A DNA stretch of 64,000 nucleotides. Source: Salinispira sp. (GTDB lineage: Bacteria; Spirochaetota; Spirochaetia; DSM-27196; Salinispiraceae). A program made the translations under genes and the position numbers. The stretch lies in the NCBI GenBank assembly GCA_965602015.1, contig OZ271918.1, positions 2,880,001 to 2,944,000 of the forward strand, written 5' to 3'. Shown here piece by piece: positions 9,932-19,201 of the stretch. How positions within the stretch are numbered: position 1 is the first letter of the stretch; each line of letters starts with the position of its first letter. The notes beneath the pieces were generated by a model. It worked only from the letters and a program-made list of their open reading frames with translations, did not search any database and was not told the DNA's origin.

Positions 9932-11055
9932 GGTTCGCCGGCTCGCCCGGCGGTCGAGGGCTGTGCGCCGGCTTGCCCGGCGGTCGAGGGCTGTGCGCCG
10001 GACTTGGCCTCTTCCGGCGGATTCACCCGATGACAGGCCACCTGCCGTCCGTCCTCCCCGGTGATAAGTCTGGGGGTCAGGGACTTACATACATCCATGG
10101 CCACCGGACAGCGGGTGTGGAAGGCGCAGCCCGATGGAGGATTTGCCGGGCTGGGCACATCCCCCGAGAGCACGCTTCGCTCCCGCCGCTGAGACGGATG
10201 GCTCACCGGGACCGCGGACAAAAGGGACTGGCTGTATGGATGCCGGGGGTTTTCAAAAAACGATGCGGTTTCACCAACCTCCACCAGCTTACCGAGGTAC
10301 ATGACTCCCACTCTGTCGCCGATATGCTTCACCACGCTGAGGTCATGGCTGACGAACAAGTAGGTGAGGCCGAGTTCAGCCTGAAGGTCCTGCAGCAGAT
10401 TGATGATTTGGCTTTGAATGCTGACGTCCAGGGCCGAGATGGGCTCATCGGCCACAATCAAGGTCGGGTCCAGAGCCAGCGCCCGGGCAATCACCACCCG
10501 CTGACGTTGACCGCCGGAGAACTCATGGGGGTAGCGGTCGCCGTGGTAGGGCTGCAGCCCGCAGAGAGTCAACAGCTCGCCCACCCTCCTTCGGGCCGCC
10601 TCACCTTCGGCGATACCGTGAACCTTGAGTATTTCGGCGATGGCAGCCCCCACGGTCAGGCGGGGGTTCAGTGCGCTGTACGGGTCCTGGAACACGATCT
10701 GCATGTCTTTTCTAAGCTGGCGCATACGCGCCGGATCGGCTGCAATTATGTCTTCGCCCTTGAATCTAATGCTGCCCTCGGTGGCGCTGAGGAGCTTGAG
10801 AATGACCTGTCCGGTGGTGCTCTTGCCGCAGCCGCTTTCCCCCACCAGGGCGAAGGTCTCTCCGGGATAAATATCAAAGCTCACCCCGTCCACCGCCTTT
10901 ACCGCCCCCTGTACCCTGCCGAATACCCCTCCGCGGATGGGAAAGTGTTTTTTCAAATCGCGCACCGACAGAAGAGGTTCGGAGTTTTTTGGTATATCTT
11001 CGCGGCTGCTGTGGGGCACCCGGTCCAGCGCGGTTTTTTCTGCGGGATTACTCAT
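9928..11055 (-). CDS. oligopeptide/dipeptide ABC transporter ATP-binding protein (OppF/DppF-like)
   Basis: GESGCGKST, FSGGQRQR, DEPISALD and the C-terminal GCAFHTRCP domain. Confidence 0.95.
   Translation of the reverse strand: MSNPAEKTALDRVPHSSREDIPKNSEPLLSVRDLKKHFPIRGGVFGRVQGAVKAVDGVSFDIYPGETFALVGESGCGKSTTGQVILKLLSATEGSIRFKGEDIIAADPARMRQLRKDMQIVFQDPYSALNPRLTVGAAIAEILKVHGIAEGEAARRRVGELLTLCGLQPYHGDRYPHEFSGGQRQRVVIARALALDPTLIVADEPISALDVSIQSQIINLLQDLQAELGLTYLFVSHDLSVVKHIGDRVGVMYLGKLVEVGETASFFENPRHPYSQSLLSAVPVSHPSQRRERSVLSGDVPSPANPPSGCAFHTRCPVAMDVCKSLTPRLITGEDGRQVACHRVNPPEEAKSGAQPSTAGQAGAQPSTAGRAGEP
9936..10001. repeat. 30-bp tandem repeat (~2.2 copies) encoding the AGAQPSTAGx tail of the OppF-like ATPase
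   Basis: cgccggct(c/t)gcccggcggtcgagggctgtg at 9936 and 9966, partial third copy at 9996. Confidence 0.9.
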
Positions 11056-12091
11056 TATTCGCCTCCATTCGGGCCGAACCTGCGGCGGCTGCAGGGACCA
11101 GGGGCTGGCGGTCTTCCTGACTTAACTCTTCATGGAGCCAGCAGCGAACCGCATGGTGTTCGGCCAGCTCTCGCCGGGGCGGCATCTGAGACTTGCAGAT
11201 GCTCATTGCGTTGGGGCATCGGGGATGAAAGGGGCATCCGCCGGGCATTTCCAGGGGGTTGGGAACATTGCCGGGAATAAAACCCAGGCGGTCCTGCACC
11301 TCGCCGAAGCTCGGCCGGCTGGCAATGAGTCCTCTGGTGTACGGATGGGCCGCATTGTCGAACAGGGCAAACACGTCAGCCTCTTCAACCACCTTGCCGG
11401 CATACATAACCAGAACCCGGTCGGCCATTTCGGCGATGACGCTCAAGTCGTGGGTTATAAACAGAACTGCGGTGTTTATCCGGTCTTTGAGGTCGCGCAT
11501 AAGCCGCAGAATCTGTGCCTGTATGGTGACGTCCAGCGCAGTGGTCGGCTCGTCGGCGATGAGCAGTTTCGGGTTGCAGCTCAATGCCATGGCGATCATG
11601 GCGCGCTGGCGCATGCCGCCGGAAAACCGGTGGGGATATTCGTCGATGACCTCTTCGGCCCGGGGTATGCCCACCAGTTTGAGCATTTCAATCGCCCGGG
11701 TCCTGGCGTCCTGCTGATTCAGTTTCTGATGCAGAACTATCGCCTCGATGAGCTGATTTCCGATGGTAAAGACCGGATTGAGGCTGGTCATGGGCTCCTG
11801 GAAGATCATGGCGATCTCGTTGCCCCGGATTTTTCGAAGATCTTCATCATTGAGTTTGAGAAGATCGACTCCGTCGAAGAGGATTTCGCCTCCGTCAATT
11901 GACGCCGGCGGGCTGGGCAACAGGCGGAGGATGCTCAGCGAGGTAACGGTTTTGCCGCAGCCGCTTTCTCCCACCAGGCCGACTACCTCCCCCGCCCCGA
12001 TGCTGAGGGACACGTCGTCCACGGCCTGAACGATTCCGTCGTCGGTGCGGAAGCTGGTTTTTAAGTTTTTTATTTCTACAAGATCTTTCAT
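11048..12091 (-). CDS. oligopeptide/dipeptide ABC transporter ATP-binding protein (OppD/DppD-like)
   Basis: GESGCGKT, MIFQEPMTSLNP, FSGGMRQR, GCPFHPRC. Confidence 0.95.
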   Translation of the reverse strand: MKDLVEIKNLKTSFRTDDGIVQAVDDVSLSIGAGEVVGLVGESGCGKTVTSLSILRLLPSPPASIDGGEILFDGVDLLKLNDEDLRKIRGNEIAMIFQEPMTSLNPVFTIGNQLIEAIVLHQKLNQQDARTRAIEMLKLVGIPRAEEVIDEYPHRFSGGMRQRAMIAMALSCNPKLLIADEPTTALDVTIQAQILRLMRDLKDRINTAVLFITHDLSVIAEMADRVLVMYAGKVVEEADVFALFDNAAHPYTRGLIASRPSFGEVQDRLGFIPGNVPNPLEMPGGCPFHPRCPNAMSICKSQMPPRRELAEHHAVRCWLHEELSQEDRQPLVPAAAAGSARMEANNE

Positions 12092-12110
12092 GGTTCCTCT
12101 TTGCCTGTGC

Positions 12111-13025
12111 CTAACGGGTTTTCGGGTCGAGGGCGTCGCGCAAGCCGTCGCCCAGCAAATTGAATCCGATGACCATAAACAGTATGGCCAGCCCCGGATA
12201 CGTGGTCAGGTGATGGGCTGTGCGAATGTACTCCCGTCCGTTGGACAGAATGGCTCCCCATTCGGGCGTCGGTGCCTGGGCCCCGAGCCCCAGAAATCCC
12301 AGGCCGGCGGCCCAGAGAATTGCGGTGGCGATCTGAAACGTGCTCTGTACGATGATGGGAGCCAGAGTATTGGGCAGGATGTGGCGGAAGATAATGCTGA
12401 AATCGCCGACTCCAGCGGCCTTGGCGGCGGTGACGTAACTCTGTTCTTTGGCGGCCAGCATGGATCCCCGGACAAGCCGGGCGTAAATCGGAACGCTGGC
12501 GATGCCGGTGGCTATCATCACATTGCTCACGCCAACCCCCAGTACCGTCACCACGACAATCGCCAGGAGGATTCCCGGAAAGGCGATCATGATATCGATG
12601 CCGCGCTGGACGATCATATCGAACCTGCCGCCGTAGTACCCGCTCACCGCTCCCAGGGGAACCCCGATGCTGATGCCGATGGCCACGGAAATCAGGCCGA
12701 TTCCCAGGGAAATCCGTCCGCCGTAGAGCATCCGGGTAAACAGATCCCGGCCGAGCTCATCGGTGCCCAGCAAATGCTGACCGCTGGGTCCCTGAAGCCG
12801 GTTCAGCAGGTTGACCCCGACGGGATCCTGGCTGCTGATGAGAGGAGCGCCGACGGAGACCGCGATAAACAGGGCAATGATAACCAACCCGATAACCGCG
12901 CCTCGATTTCGCAGAAGATGCCGCACGACGGTGCGCAGCTCGCTGTAATTCGAACCCGGCTCATTATTCTTGCCTTCGATGGATTGCTCCCCGCCGGGGT
13001 TTTGCTCTTGTATGACTTCGCTCAT
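12111..13025 (-). CDS. peptide ABC transporter permease (OppC/DppC/GsiD-like)
   Basis: HLLGTDELGRD, EAA-like loop, PTPEWG, NLLGDGLRDALDPK. Confidence 0.95.
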   Translation of the reverse strand: MSEVIQEQNPGGEQSIEGKNNEPGSNYSELRTVVRHLLRNRGAVIGLVIIALFIAVSVGAPLISSQDPVGVNLLNRLQGPSGQHLLGTDELGRDLFTRMLYGGRISLGIGLISVAIGISIGVPLGAVSGYYGGRFDMIVQRGIDIMIAFPGILLAIVVVTVLGVGVSNVMIATGIASVPIYARLVRGSMLAAKEQSYVTAAKAAGVGDFSIIFRHILPNTLAPIIVQSTFQIATAILWAAGLGFLGLGAQAPTPEWGAILSNGREYIRTAHHLTTYPGLAILFMVIGFNLLGDGLRDALDPKTR

Positions 13026-13041
13026 TCGGTTTCTCTCCAGA

Positions 13042-13968
13042 TCAGGATGATTGATAGTGGATGCGGGGATCCAGGTAGGCGTAGATAATGTCGACCACCA
13101 GGTTTATCAGCACGAACAAAAAGGCGAGCAGCATGACTGTCCCCTGAACCACCGGGTAGTCCCGCCGTAAGATCGCGTCCACAAGGAGCCGGCCCACACC
13201 CGGCCAGGCGAACACCGTCTCCGTAAGGACCGCGCCGCCCAGGAGGATGCCGAACTGCAGTCCCAACACGGTAACCACAGGAATGAGGGCATTTTTCAGG
13301 GCATGCTTGTAGATGACCATCCGCTCGGATACCCCCTTTGCCCGGGCGGTGGTGATGAATTCCTGGCGAAGCACCTCGAGTACGCTCGAACGGGTTATCC
13401 GCGCCATCAGGGCCGCGCTTGCCATTCCCAAGGTTATGCTGGGAAGAATCAGGTGGCGTATTCCCCCGATTCCCGTGGCCGGCAGTATGCGCAACTGGAC
13501 CGCGAACAGAAGCTGGAGCATCAGGGCCATCCAAAACACCGGAGCCGCTACCCCGACCAATGCGACAAACATGCTGGTGTTGTCGAATATTGAGTTCCGT
13601 CTGGTCGCCGACACAATGCCCGCCGAAACGCCGATTACCGTCGCCAATAATAGCGACACGCTGGCCAGCAACAGGGTGCGGGGAAACCGCTCCCCGATCT
13701 CCACGCTCACCGGGCGCTTGCTGAAAACCGACTGACCAAGGTCTCCCTGGACCAGATCGATCATGAAACGTCCGTATTGAACGATAATTGGGTCATCAAG
13801 CCCGTACTGGTCCCGCACCTGCTGGATATACTCGGGCGTCGCGTTCACCCCGGCAATTGCTATTGCAGGATCTCCGGGAATAAGACGGATGATGGAAAAC
13901 ACGATAATTGAGACGCCGATGACCACCGGAATGGTGAGCAAAAGGCGCCGCAGGATGTATTGATACAA
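13042..13968 (-). CDS. peptide ABC transporter permease (OppB/GsiC-like)
   Basis: IPGDPA, TARAKGV, ETVFAWPGVG, RDYPVVQG, LDPRI. Confidence 0.95.
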   Translation of the reverse strand: MYQYILRRLLLTIPVVIGVSIIVFSIIRLIPGDPAIAIAGVNATPEYIQQVRDQYGLDDPIIVQYGRFMIDLVQGDLGQSVFSKRPVSVEIGERFPRTLLLASVSLLLATVIGVSAGIVSATRRNSIFDNTSMFVALVGVAAPVFWMALMLQLLFAVQLRILPATGIGGIRHLILPSITLGMASAALMARITRSSVLEVLRQEFITTARAKGVSERMVIYKHALKNALIPVVTVLGLQFGILLGGAVLTETVFAWPGVGRLLVDAILRRDYPVVQGTVMLLAFLFVLINLVVDIIYAYLDPRIHYQSS

Positions 13969-14029
13969 CGCAAGCCTCCTGGAATGGATAATCCCTTCCC
14001 GCAGCGGTCGGCCAAAGCAGACCGTTCCG

Positions 14030-14113
14030 GGAAAAGAAGCCGGCGCTCCTTATGGGAGCGCCGGATACGCACAAAAAAGAACGGCAATGCATTCAGTTAC
14101 GGCTGCATGGCCG
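14030..14113 (-). terminator. two terminator-like hairpins between the binding-protein and permease genes
   Basis: Perfect 10-bp stem CCGGCGCTCC/GGAGCGCCGG (14040-14064) followed by CTTCTTTT on minus; second stem 14082-14113 (one mismatch) followed by TTCTTTTTT on minus. Confidence 0.65.
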
Positions 14114-14127
14114 AATGTAAAGAACCC

Positions 14128-15687
14128 CTACTCGAAGCTCGCTTCCCATGCGCTCAGGTTTTCCAGGGGATGATGGATGAGCCCGTCCACATAAGTCCAG
14201 TTCGCGTTAACCTGACCCTGGTTGTACAGGTAAATCCAGGGAGCGTCTTCCCAAATGAGGGCGATCGCCTCGCCGTACAGAGCCGCTCGGGCCGCCTGGT
14301 CGGTGGTTACCCGTGCCTCGTCGAGGATTTCATCGACCCGGTCATTGCGGTAAAAACCCCGGTTGTTGCCGTTGGGGTTCCACTGATTGCTGTGAAGCAG
14401 GGCATACAGGCCGTAGTCAGCGTCCAGGGTGACGGTTCCCCATCCGAGCATAAATGCGTCGTATTCTGCGGCCTCCGGAGGCTGGGCGGTGAACTGCAGA
14501 TAGCTCGACCATTCCCGGGTTTCCAGGGTGACGTCGATGCCCACTTCGGCGAGCTGGCTCTGGAGAACTTCCGCCACGGTAGCATCCAGAGGATAGCGGC
14601 CGGTGGGATGGTGGATGGTCATGGAGAAGCCGTCGGGGAATCCGGCCTCGGCAAGTAGCTCCCTGGCCAAATCGGGATCGTAGTCGTAGGGCCCGACGGA
14701 CGCATGACCGAATACCGCGGGAACCACCGGCGCGTCAGCAACGGAGAAGCCCTCGAACAGGCTGTTGACGATGGCTTCCTTGTCGATTGCGTAGTTCAGC
14801 GCCTGGCGGACCACAGGATTGTTAAAGGGCTCGCGCTCGTTATTAAACCCGATGTAAATCTGGCGGACGCTGTTTTCCCGGACAATCTCGATATTGGGAT
14901 CGGCCTCGAGACGGGCAACTTCCTGGGGGGGTACCCGCATCATGGCGTCTACTTCGCCGGTTTCAAGGGCGACAATCAGGGCCGAGGATTCGGGAATGAA
15001 TCGGAAGTTGACATTGGGAATGGCGGGAATGTCTCCGTAGTAGTCTTCATTGACCGTCAGGGAAATACTCTCGCCCCGGTTCCACTCGGTAATCACATAG
15101 GGACCGGTTCCCACGGGAAGCTCGAAGCTGTCCTGAGGTCCCAGTTCCGCCAACTGTGCGGGGGACACAATGCCCACAAAGGAATGGGACAGGTGGGAAA
15201 GAATCGGCGCAAAGGGCTGGCTCAGAGTGAGCTGCAGAGTGAACTCCCCGATCGCCTCGATGTCCGTTACCGTACCCAGCAGGAAGGCGTAGGCCGCACC
15301 CACTTCGGGGTCGACAAACCGGTTCAGGTTGACGGCGACGGCCTCGGCATTCAGCGGAGTGCCGTCGTGGAAGGTACCGCCCTGGCGGATCTCAAAAGTC
15401 CACACAGTACTGTCGGCGCTGGCGCTCCAGCTGGTCGCCAGCATGGGAGTCAGACTGCCGTCTTCTTCCATGTAGATGAGACGCTCGACGACGTGCTCGC
15501 CGACGGTCGCCGCCGGAGCGCTGGTCATGTTGACCGGGTCGAGGGACTCGGGTTCGGCACCCATTCCGATTGTCAGGGTGTCCCGCACTTCAGGTTCGGC
15601 TTCAGCGCCGCCCGCTGCAAAAAGCGCTGCAGTCATGATAAACATCATCAACAGCGAAAGTTTCAGGATATGCATAGTTTTACGCAT
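14128..15687 (-). CDS. peptide/glutathione ABC transporter substrate-binding protein (family 5, GsiB-like)
   Basis: Signal peptide; FHDGTPLNAEAV, PVGTGPY, VRQALNYAIDKE. Confidence 0.92.
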   Translation of the reverse strand: MRKTMHILKLSLLMMFIMTAALFAAGGAEAEPEVRDTLTIGMGAEPESLDPVNMTSAPAATVGEHVVERLIYMEEDGSLTPMLATSWSASADSTVWTFEIRQGGTFHDGTPLNAEAVAVNLNRFVDPEVGAAYAFLLGTVTDIEAIGEFTLQLTLSQPFAPILSHLSHSFVGIVSPAQLAELGPQDSFELPVGTGPYVITEWNRGESISLTVNEDYYGDIPAIPNVNFRFIPESSALIVALETGEVDAMMRVPPQEVARLEADPNIEIVRENSVRQIYIGFNNEREPFNNPVVRQALNYAIDKEAIVNSLFEGFSVADAPVVPAVFGHASVGPYDYDPDLARELLAEAGFPDGFSMTIHHPTGRYPLDATVAEVLQSQLAEVGIDVTLETREWSSYLQFTAQPPEAAEYDAFMLGWGTVTLDADYGLYALLHSNQWNPNGNNRGFYRNDRVDEILDEARVTTDQAARAALYGEAIALIWEDAPWIYLYNQGQVNANWTYVDGLIHHPLENLSAWEASFE

Positions 15688-15829
15688 ACTACCTCCTTAA
15701 GTGTATAAATATAGATAAAAGCCGAGTGATTAAGCAAGGAACTAGCGGGCAAAAAACCCGCATTCATCGGGACTTTGGCAATTGTCCTTGACCCGGCGTC
15801 CATGGCAAAAAGGGAGAATCGGAGGATTT

Positions 15830-16624
15830 ATGAAAAAGTACAGCGGAGCCGCGCTTATAACGGGCTCTACTTCGGGAATCGGTTTTTATTTCAGCCAGCT
15901 GTTGGCCTCAAGGGGTTACGACCTGATCCTGGTTTCGAGAAACGCTGACAAGCTGGAAAGCCTCAAGGCGGAGCTGGAGGGGCAGTACTCCGTGGCGGTG
16001 TCGGTCATTACCTGTGACCTTGCCCGGGCGGACGCGGCCGAAACGGTGTACCGCAAGCTTAAGGCGATTAACAAGCCCGTCGGCCTGCTGATTCAGAATG
16101 CCGGAGGATTCGATTCCGCGCCCTTTCTCACAGCCGAAATCCCGGCCCACGAGTACCTGATACATCTCCATGTGAACTTTCCAGTGAAATTTGCACGCCT
16201 TCTGCTCCCGGAAATGATAGAAAACGGCGGCGGCGGAATGATAGTCATGGCCGCGGCGAATGCGATTGTACCCATACCCTGGTTTTCCATCGATTCGGGA
16301 ACCAAGGCCTTCGTAGACGCCTGGGCAGGTTCCCTGTACGGCGAGCTCAAGGGCCGGGGAATTGACGTGTTGTCGGTCTGCCCGGGCCCCACCAACACCG
16401 ACATACACCTGAGCTCCGGCGTGAGCCCGGAAGATAAATCGCGGCTCCACTCCCCGCAGGCCGTCGCCCGCCAGGCCCTGAAGGCAATCGGAAAAACACC
16501 GCGAATCGTAACCGGACCGTCGACAAAACTGCAGATTTTCGCCGCCCGGTTCGCCCCGCGGGCACTTCAGCTGATGATTTCGAAACTGGTAACAAAGAAA
16601 CTGTTTAGAATAACGGCATCCTGA
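15830..16624 (+). CDS. SDR family oxidoreductase, atypical active site
   Basis: TGSTSGIG, NAG, CPGPT; GGAGG RBS before ATG 15830; YxxxK is replaced by DSGTK. Confidence 0.88.
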   Translation: MKKYSGAALITGSTSGIGFYFSQLLASRGYDLILVSRNADKLESLKAELEGQYSVAVSVITCDLARADAAETVYRKLKAINKPVGLLIQNAGGFDSAPFLTAEIPAHEYLIHLHVNFPVKFARLLLPEMIENGGGGMIVMAAANAIVPIPWFSIDSGTKAFVDAWAGSLYGELKGRGIDVLSVCPGPTNTDIHLSSGVSPEDKSRLHSPQAVARQALKAIGKTPRIVTGPSTKLQIFAARFAPRALQLMISKLVTKKLFRITAS

Positions 16625-16668
16625 GGGTGAATCAGAAATTGCCGATGTGTAAGGGAGCATTAATGTAA

Positions 16669-16697
16669 AACGGGGCGACCTTTTTGGCCGCCCCGTT
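16669..16697. terminator. probable bidirectional intrinsic terminator
   Basis: AACGGGGCG-A-CC/GG-C-CGCCCCGTT stem between convergent genes. Confidence 0.65.
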
Positions 16698-16717
16698 CTA
16701 TTGTGCATTTGGATAGA

Positions 16718-18760
16718 TTAATTACTGAAGTGAGATCTCCAAGTGGTATATAAACCTTGCGCAGAGGCGACGCCGTCCCGGTAGGCGACGATGTAAAAAC
16801 GGTATTCGCCAAATTCATTCAAGCCAGGATCAAAACCAACATCACGAACAGTGAAATTACCATTACCAGTAACATCATTGATGAGATGACCGGCGAGATC
16901 AGGTGCCCCATTGAAGTCTGTATCGACCTGTAAATGAACTTCGTACCAGTCGGATCCGGGCTTAGACCCCCAAGTGATATGAAAGAAATATCCGTTCTGG
17001 GATGTATACTCTCTCACAACCGAGGGTGCCGGCGGGGCGATTCCCCAGGTTCGGCCCTGATCGGGGTCGCTCATGGGATAGGTATCGGTTCCAACGGTGG
17101 CGCTGACCCGGTAGTAATAAGTCGATGCCGAGCTCAGAGATGAGTCGACGTAACTTTCTGCCACAGCGGTACCGATTTCCGTGTAGCTGCCGCCCTCAGA
17201 GGTGGATCGGTAAACTGTGTAGGAATCGGCGCCCGGAAAGGCGTCCCAGCTGATATGTATCTCATAGAGTTCGGTTTCGTTGCTCGCCGAAACTCCGCCG
17301 ACCTTTCCGGTGATGGTGGTATCCGCCGAATCGGTAAATGTCTCACCGACACCGTCCACGAAGGTCACCCGGTAGACATAGCTGCCGCCGATGACCGCCG
17401 TGTCATCGGTGAAGCTCCGGGTGCTGGCATCAACGGTTCCCAAAACGCTGTACGACGGCGTCACGAATGCCAGCGTACGCTCAATTCGCGCTTGAACCGA
17501 GGAAGGCCATGTGCTGCTGTAATACCAGGAAACTTCGGCTGTCCCTCCGGACTCGCCGACGGCGACGTCCTCAGGCGCGGTGAGAACCCGTCCGGCAGCG
17601 GTACTGCTGGCGGACGATTCCCGACTGCCCAGGACCGTAATAACCTTGTAATACCGCCGGTCGCCCGGTGCAGGTTCAGTATCAATAAAAGAGGGGCTGT
17701 CCACCGTCGCCACAAGGTAGGAACTGGAAGTGCTCACATAGGACGAGGTGTTCCGGTAAATCTCGTAGCTTACCCCCGGTTCGTCGATACCCGTCCAGGA
17801 AAGCATGAGGTCCTTGCCGTCAGCGCTGGTGTTCACCATCAGGTCGGTGGGCACGGGAACTACCGGGAAGGTCACCTGAATCGACGAGGACATGGAACTC
17901 GAGTCGCCGTTGGCCCGGTACGCCCGTACCGCATAATAGGCCCTGGTGCCGCCTGGCAGGGCAGTATCGGTAAAGCTGGTGCCGGAAACATCGGCCATCA
18001 ACAGGTCTGATTCGGAAAGCGAAGAATAGCTGTCCCGGTAGACCGAATAGCTCACCGCTCCGTCAACCGGATCCCAGCTTAGTTCGACCTCGGAGTAACT
18101 GGCGCTGACCTCTACGAGATTTTGGGGCCGGGGAAGGGCGCTCATGCTCCCGTCAACTCTGTCGCTGGCATCCCCTTCCTGGTCGCCGGCGAATGCGCTG
18201 ACCGCATAGTAGTATGTCGATTGGCTGGCGCCGTAGATAACGTACTCGGGTGAGGTTACCTCGGCAATGAAACTGTAATTATCTTCATTGGTCCATGAGC
18301 TTGAGCTGCCGGCTACCCGGTAACCCGAAACGCCGCTTATGCTGTCCCAGCTGAGATGGACATCGCTGCCGATAATTTCGGCGGTGAGCCCGGTAACCTG
18401 GGGGATCCTGGGTGATGCCGACACTGTCTCACTGGCTGCGCTCTCGAAGCCTCCCGAATATGCAGTGATGTAATAATGGTACTCCGAGCCGATACTCACT
18501 TCCGTATCTTCATAGTACTCTTCCCAGGAATCCAGGGTCTGCAGCAATGAGTAGGACCCGTCGGTTCCCGCAGAGCGGTACACATAATAGCCTTCGCTCT
18601 GGTAGTCGCCATACCAGGACAGATAAATAGCCCCCTCCCGGGCTTCGGCATACACGCTGTATGGGGCTTCGAGCTCGACCAGGTCGGGCAATAGAAAGTT
18701 ACATCCTGCGGACATAAATGCCCCAAGGGCAAAGAGAAAGAGGAAAAATCTGGATTTCAT
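16718..18760 (-). CDS. lipoprotein with tandem fibronectin type III domains
   Basis: Lipobox MSAGC; about six repeats of the form 'LSW…Y.VYR…YYY.V.A'. Confidence 0.85.
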   Translation of the reverse strand: MKSRFFLFLFALGAFMSAGCNFLLPDLVELEAPYSVYAEAREGAIYLSWYGDYQSEGYYVYRSAGTDGSYSLLQTLDSWEEYYEDTEVSIGSEYHYYITAYSGGFESAASETVSASPRIPQVTGLTAEIIGSDVHLSWDSISGVSGYRVAGSSSSWTNEDNYSFIAEVTSPEYVIYGASQSTYYYAVSAFAGDQEGDASDRVDGSMSALPRPQNLVEVSASYSEVELSWDPVDGAVSYSVYRDSYSSLSESDLLMADVSGTSFTDTALPGGTRAYYAVRAYRANGDSSSMSSSIQVTFPVVPVPTDLMVNTSADGKDLMLSWTGIDEPGVSYEIYRNTSSYVSTSSSYLVATVDSPSFIDTEPAPGDRRYYKVITVLGSRESSASSTAAGRVLTAPEDVAVGESGGTAEVSWYYSSTWPSSVQARIERTLAFVTPSYSVLGTVDASTRSFTDDTAVIGGSYVYRVTFVDGVGETFTDSADTTITGKVGGVSASNETELYEIHISWDAFPGADSYTVYRSTSEGGSYTEIGTAVAESYVDSSLSSASTYYYRVSATVGTDTYPMSDPDQGRTWGIAPPAPSVVREYTSQNGYFFHITWGSKPGSDWYEVHLQVDTDFNGAPDLAGHLINDVTGNGNFTVRDVGFDPGLNEFGEYRFYIVAYRDGVASAQGLYTTWRSHFSN

Positions 18761-18790
18761 GGGGTACCGTTCCTTGTTTCTGTTTTTTAG

Positions 18791-18819
18791 ATAGTACCAG
18801 TGGAGTAAATGCCCGTCAA
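18791..18819 (-). promoter_or_regulatory. sigma70-type promoter of the Fn3 lipoprotein gene
   Basis: TTGACG-17bp-TACTAT on minus. Confidence 0.6.
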
Positions 18820-18832
18820 CTATTGAGCGAAC

Positions 18833-19201
18833 TTATTCGTCGGGGTCGACGCAGCCCGGATCTTCGGGCTGAAACAGCCCTTCGAGGAAGCGGATGATCT
18901 GCAGTATGCGGTCGTCCTTCAACCGGTAATGAATCTGTTTGCCCCGGCGTTCTTTATCCAGGTAGCCCGCCATCCACATCATCTTTAATTGCTGGCTGAC
19001 GTTGGATGTATTGGCTCCGCAGATCTCCACCAGCTGGGAAACCGTGAAGGGCTGCTCGGACAGGGCGCAGAGAATGTGGAAGCGCACCGGATTTGACATG
19101 GTCCCGATGACCTGTTCAACCCGTGAGCAGCGAATGTCCGCAAAGCGCGCCTTTATATGCTTAATCACATTCCCCGCGTCACCTGTCTGATTTACTTCCA
19201 T
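18833..19201 (-). CDS. ArsR/SmtB family transcriptional regulator
   Basis: SNPVRFHILCAL, SNVSQQL, RRGKQIHYRL; start overlaps the nfnB stop. Confidence 0.9.
   Translation of the reverse strand: MEVNQTGDAGNVIKHIKARFADIRCSRVEQVIGTMSNPVRFHILCALSEQPFTVSQLVEICGANTSNVSQQLKMMWMAGYLDKERRGKQIHYRLKDDRILQIIRFLEGLFQPEDPGCVDPDE

Noticed and set aside
9880..11280. 466-aa plus-strand ORF, and similar long antisense ORFs (12045-13088, 14704-15708, 26200-27657, 36755-37705)
   Set aside because: Shadow frames opposite well-supported genes in GC-rich DNA, with no recognisable motifs.
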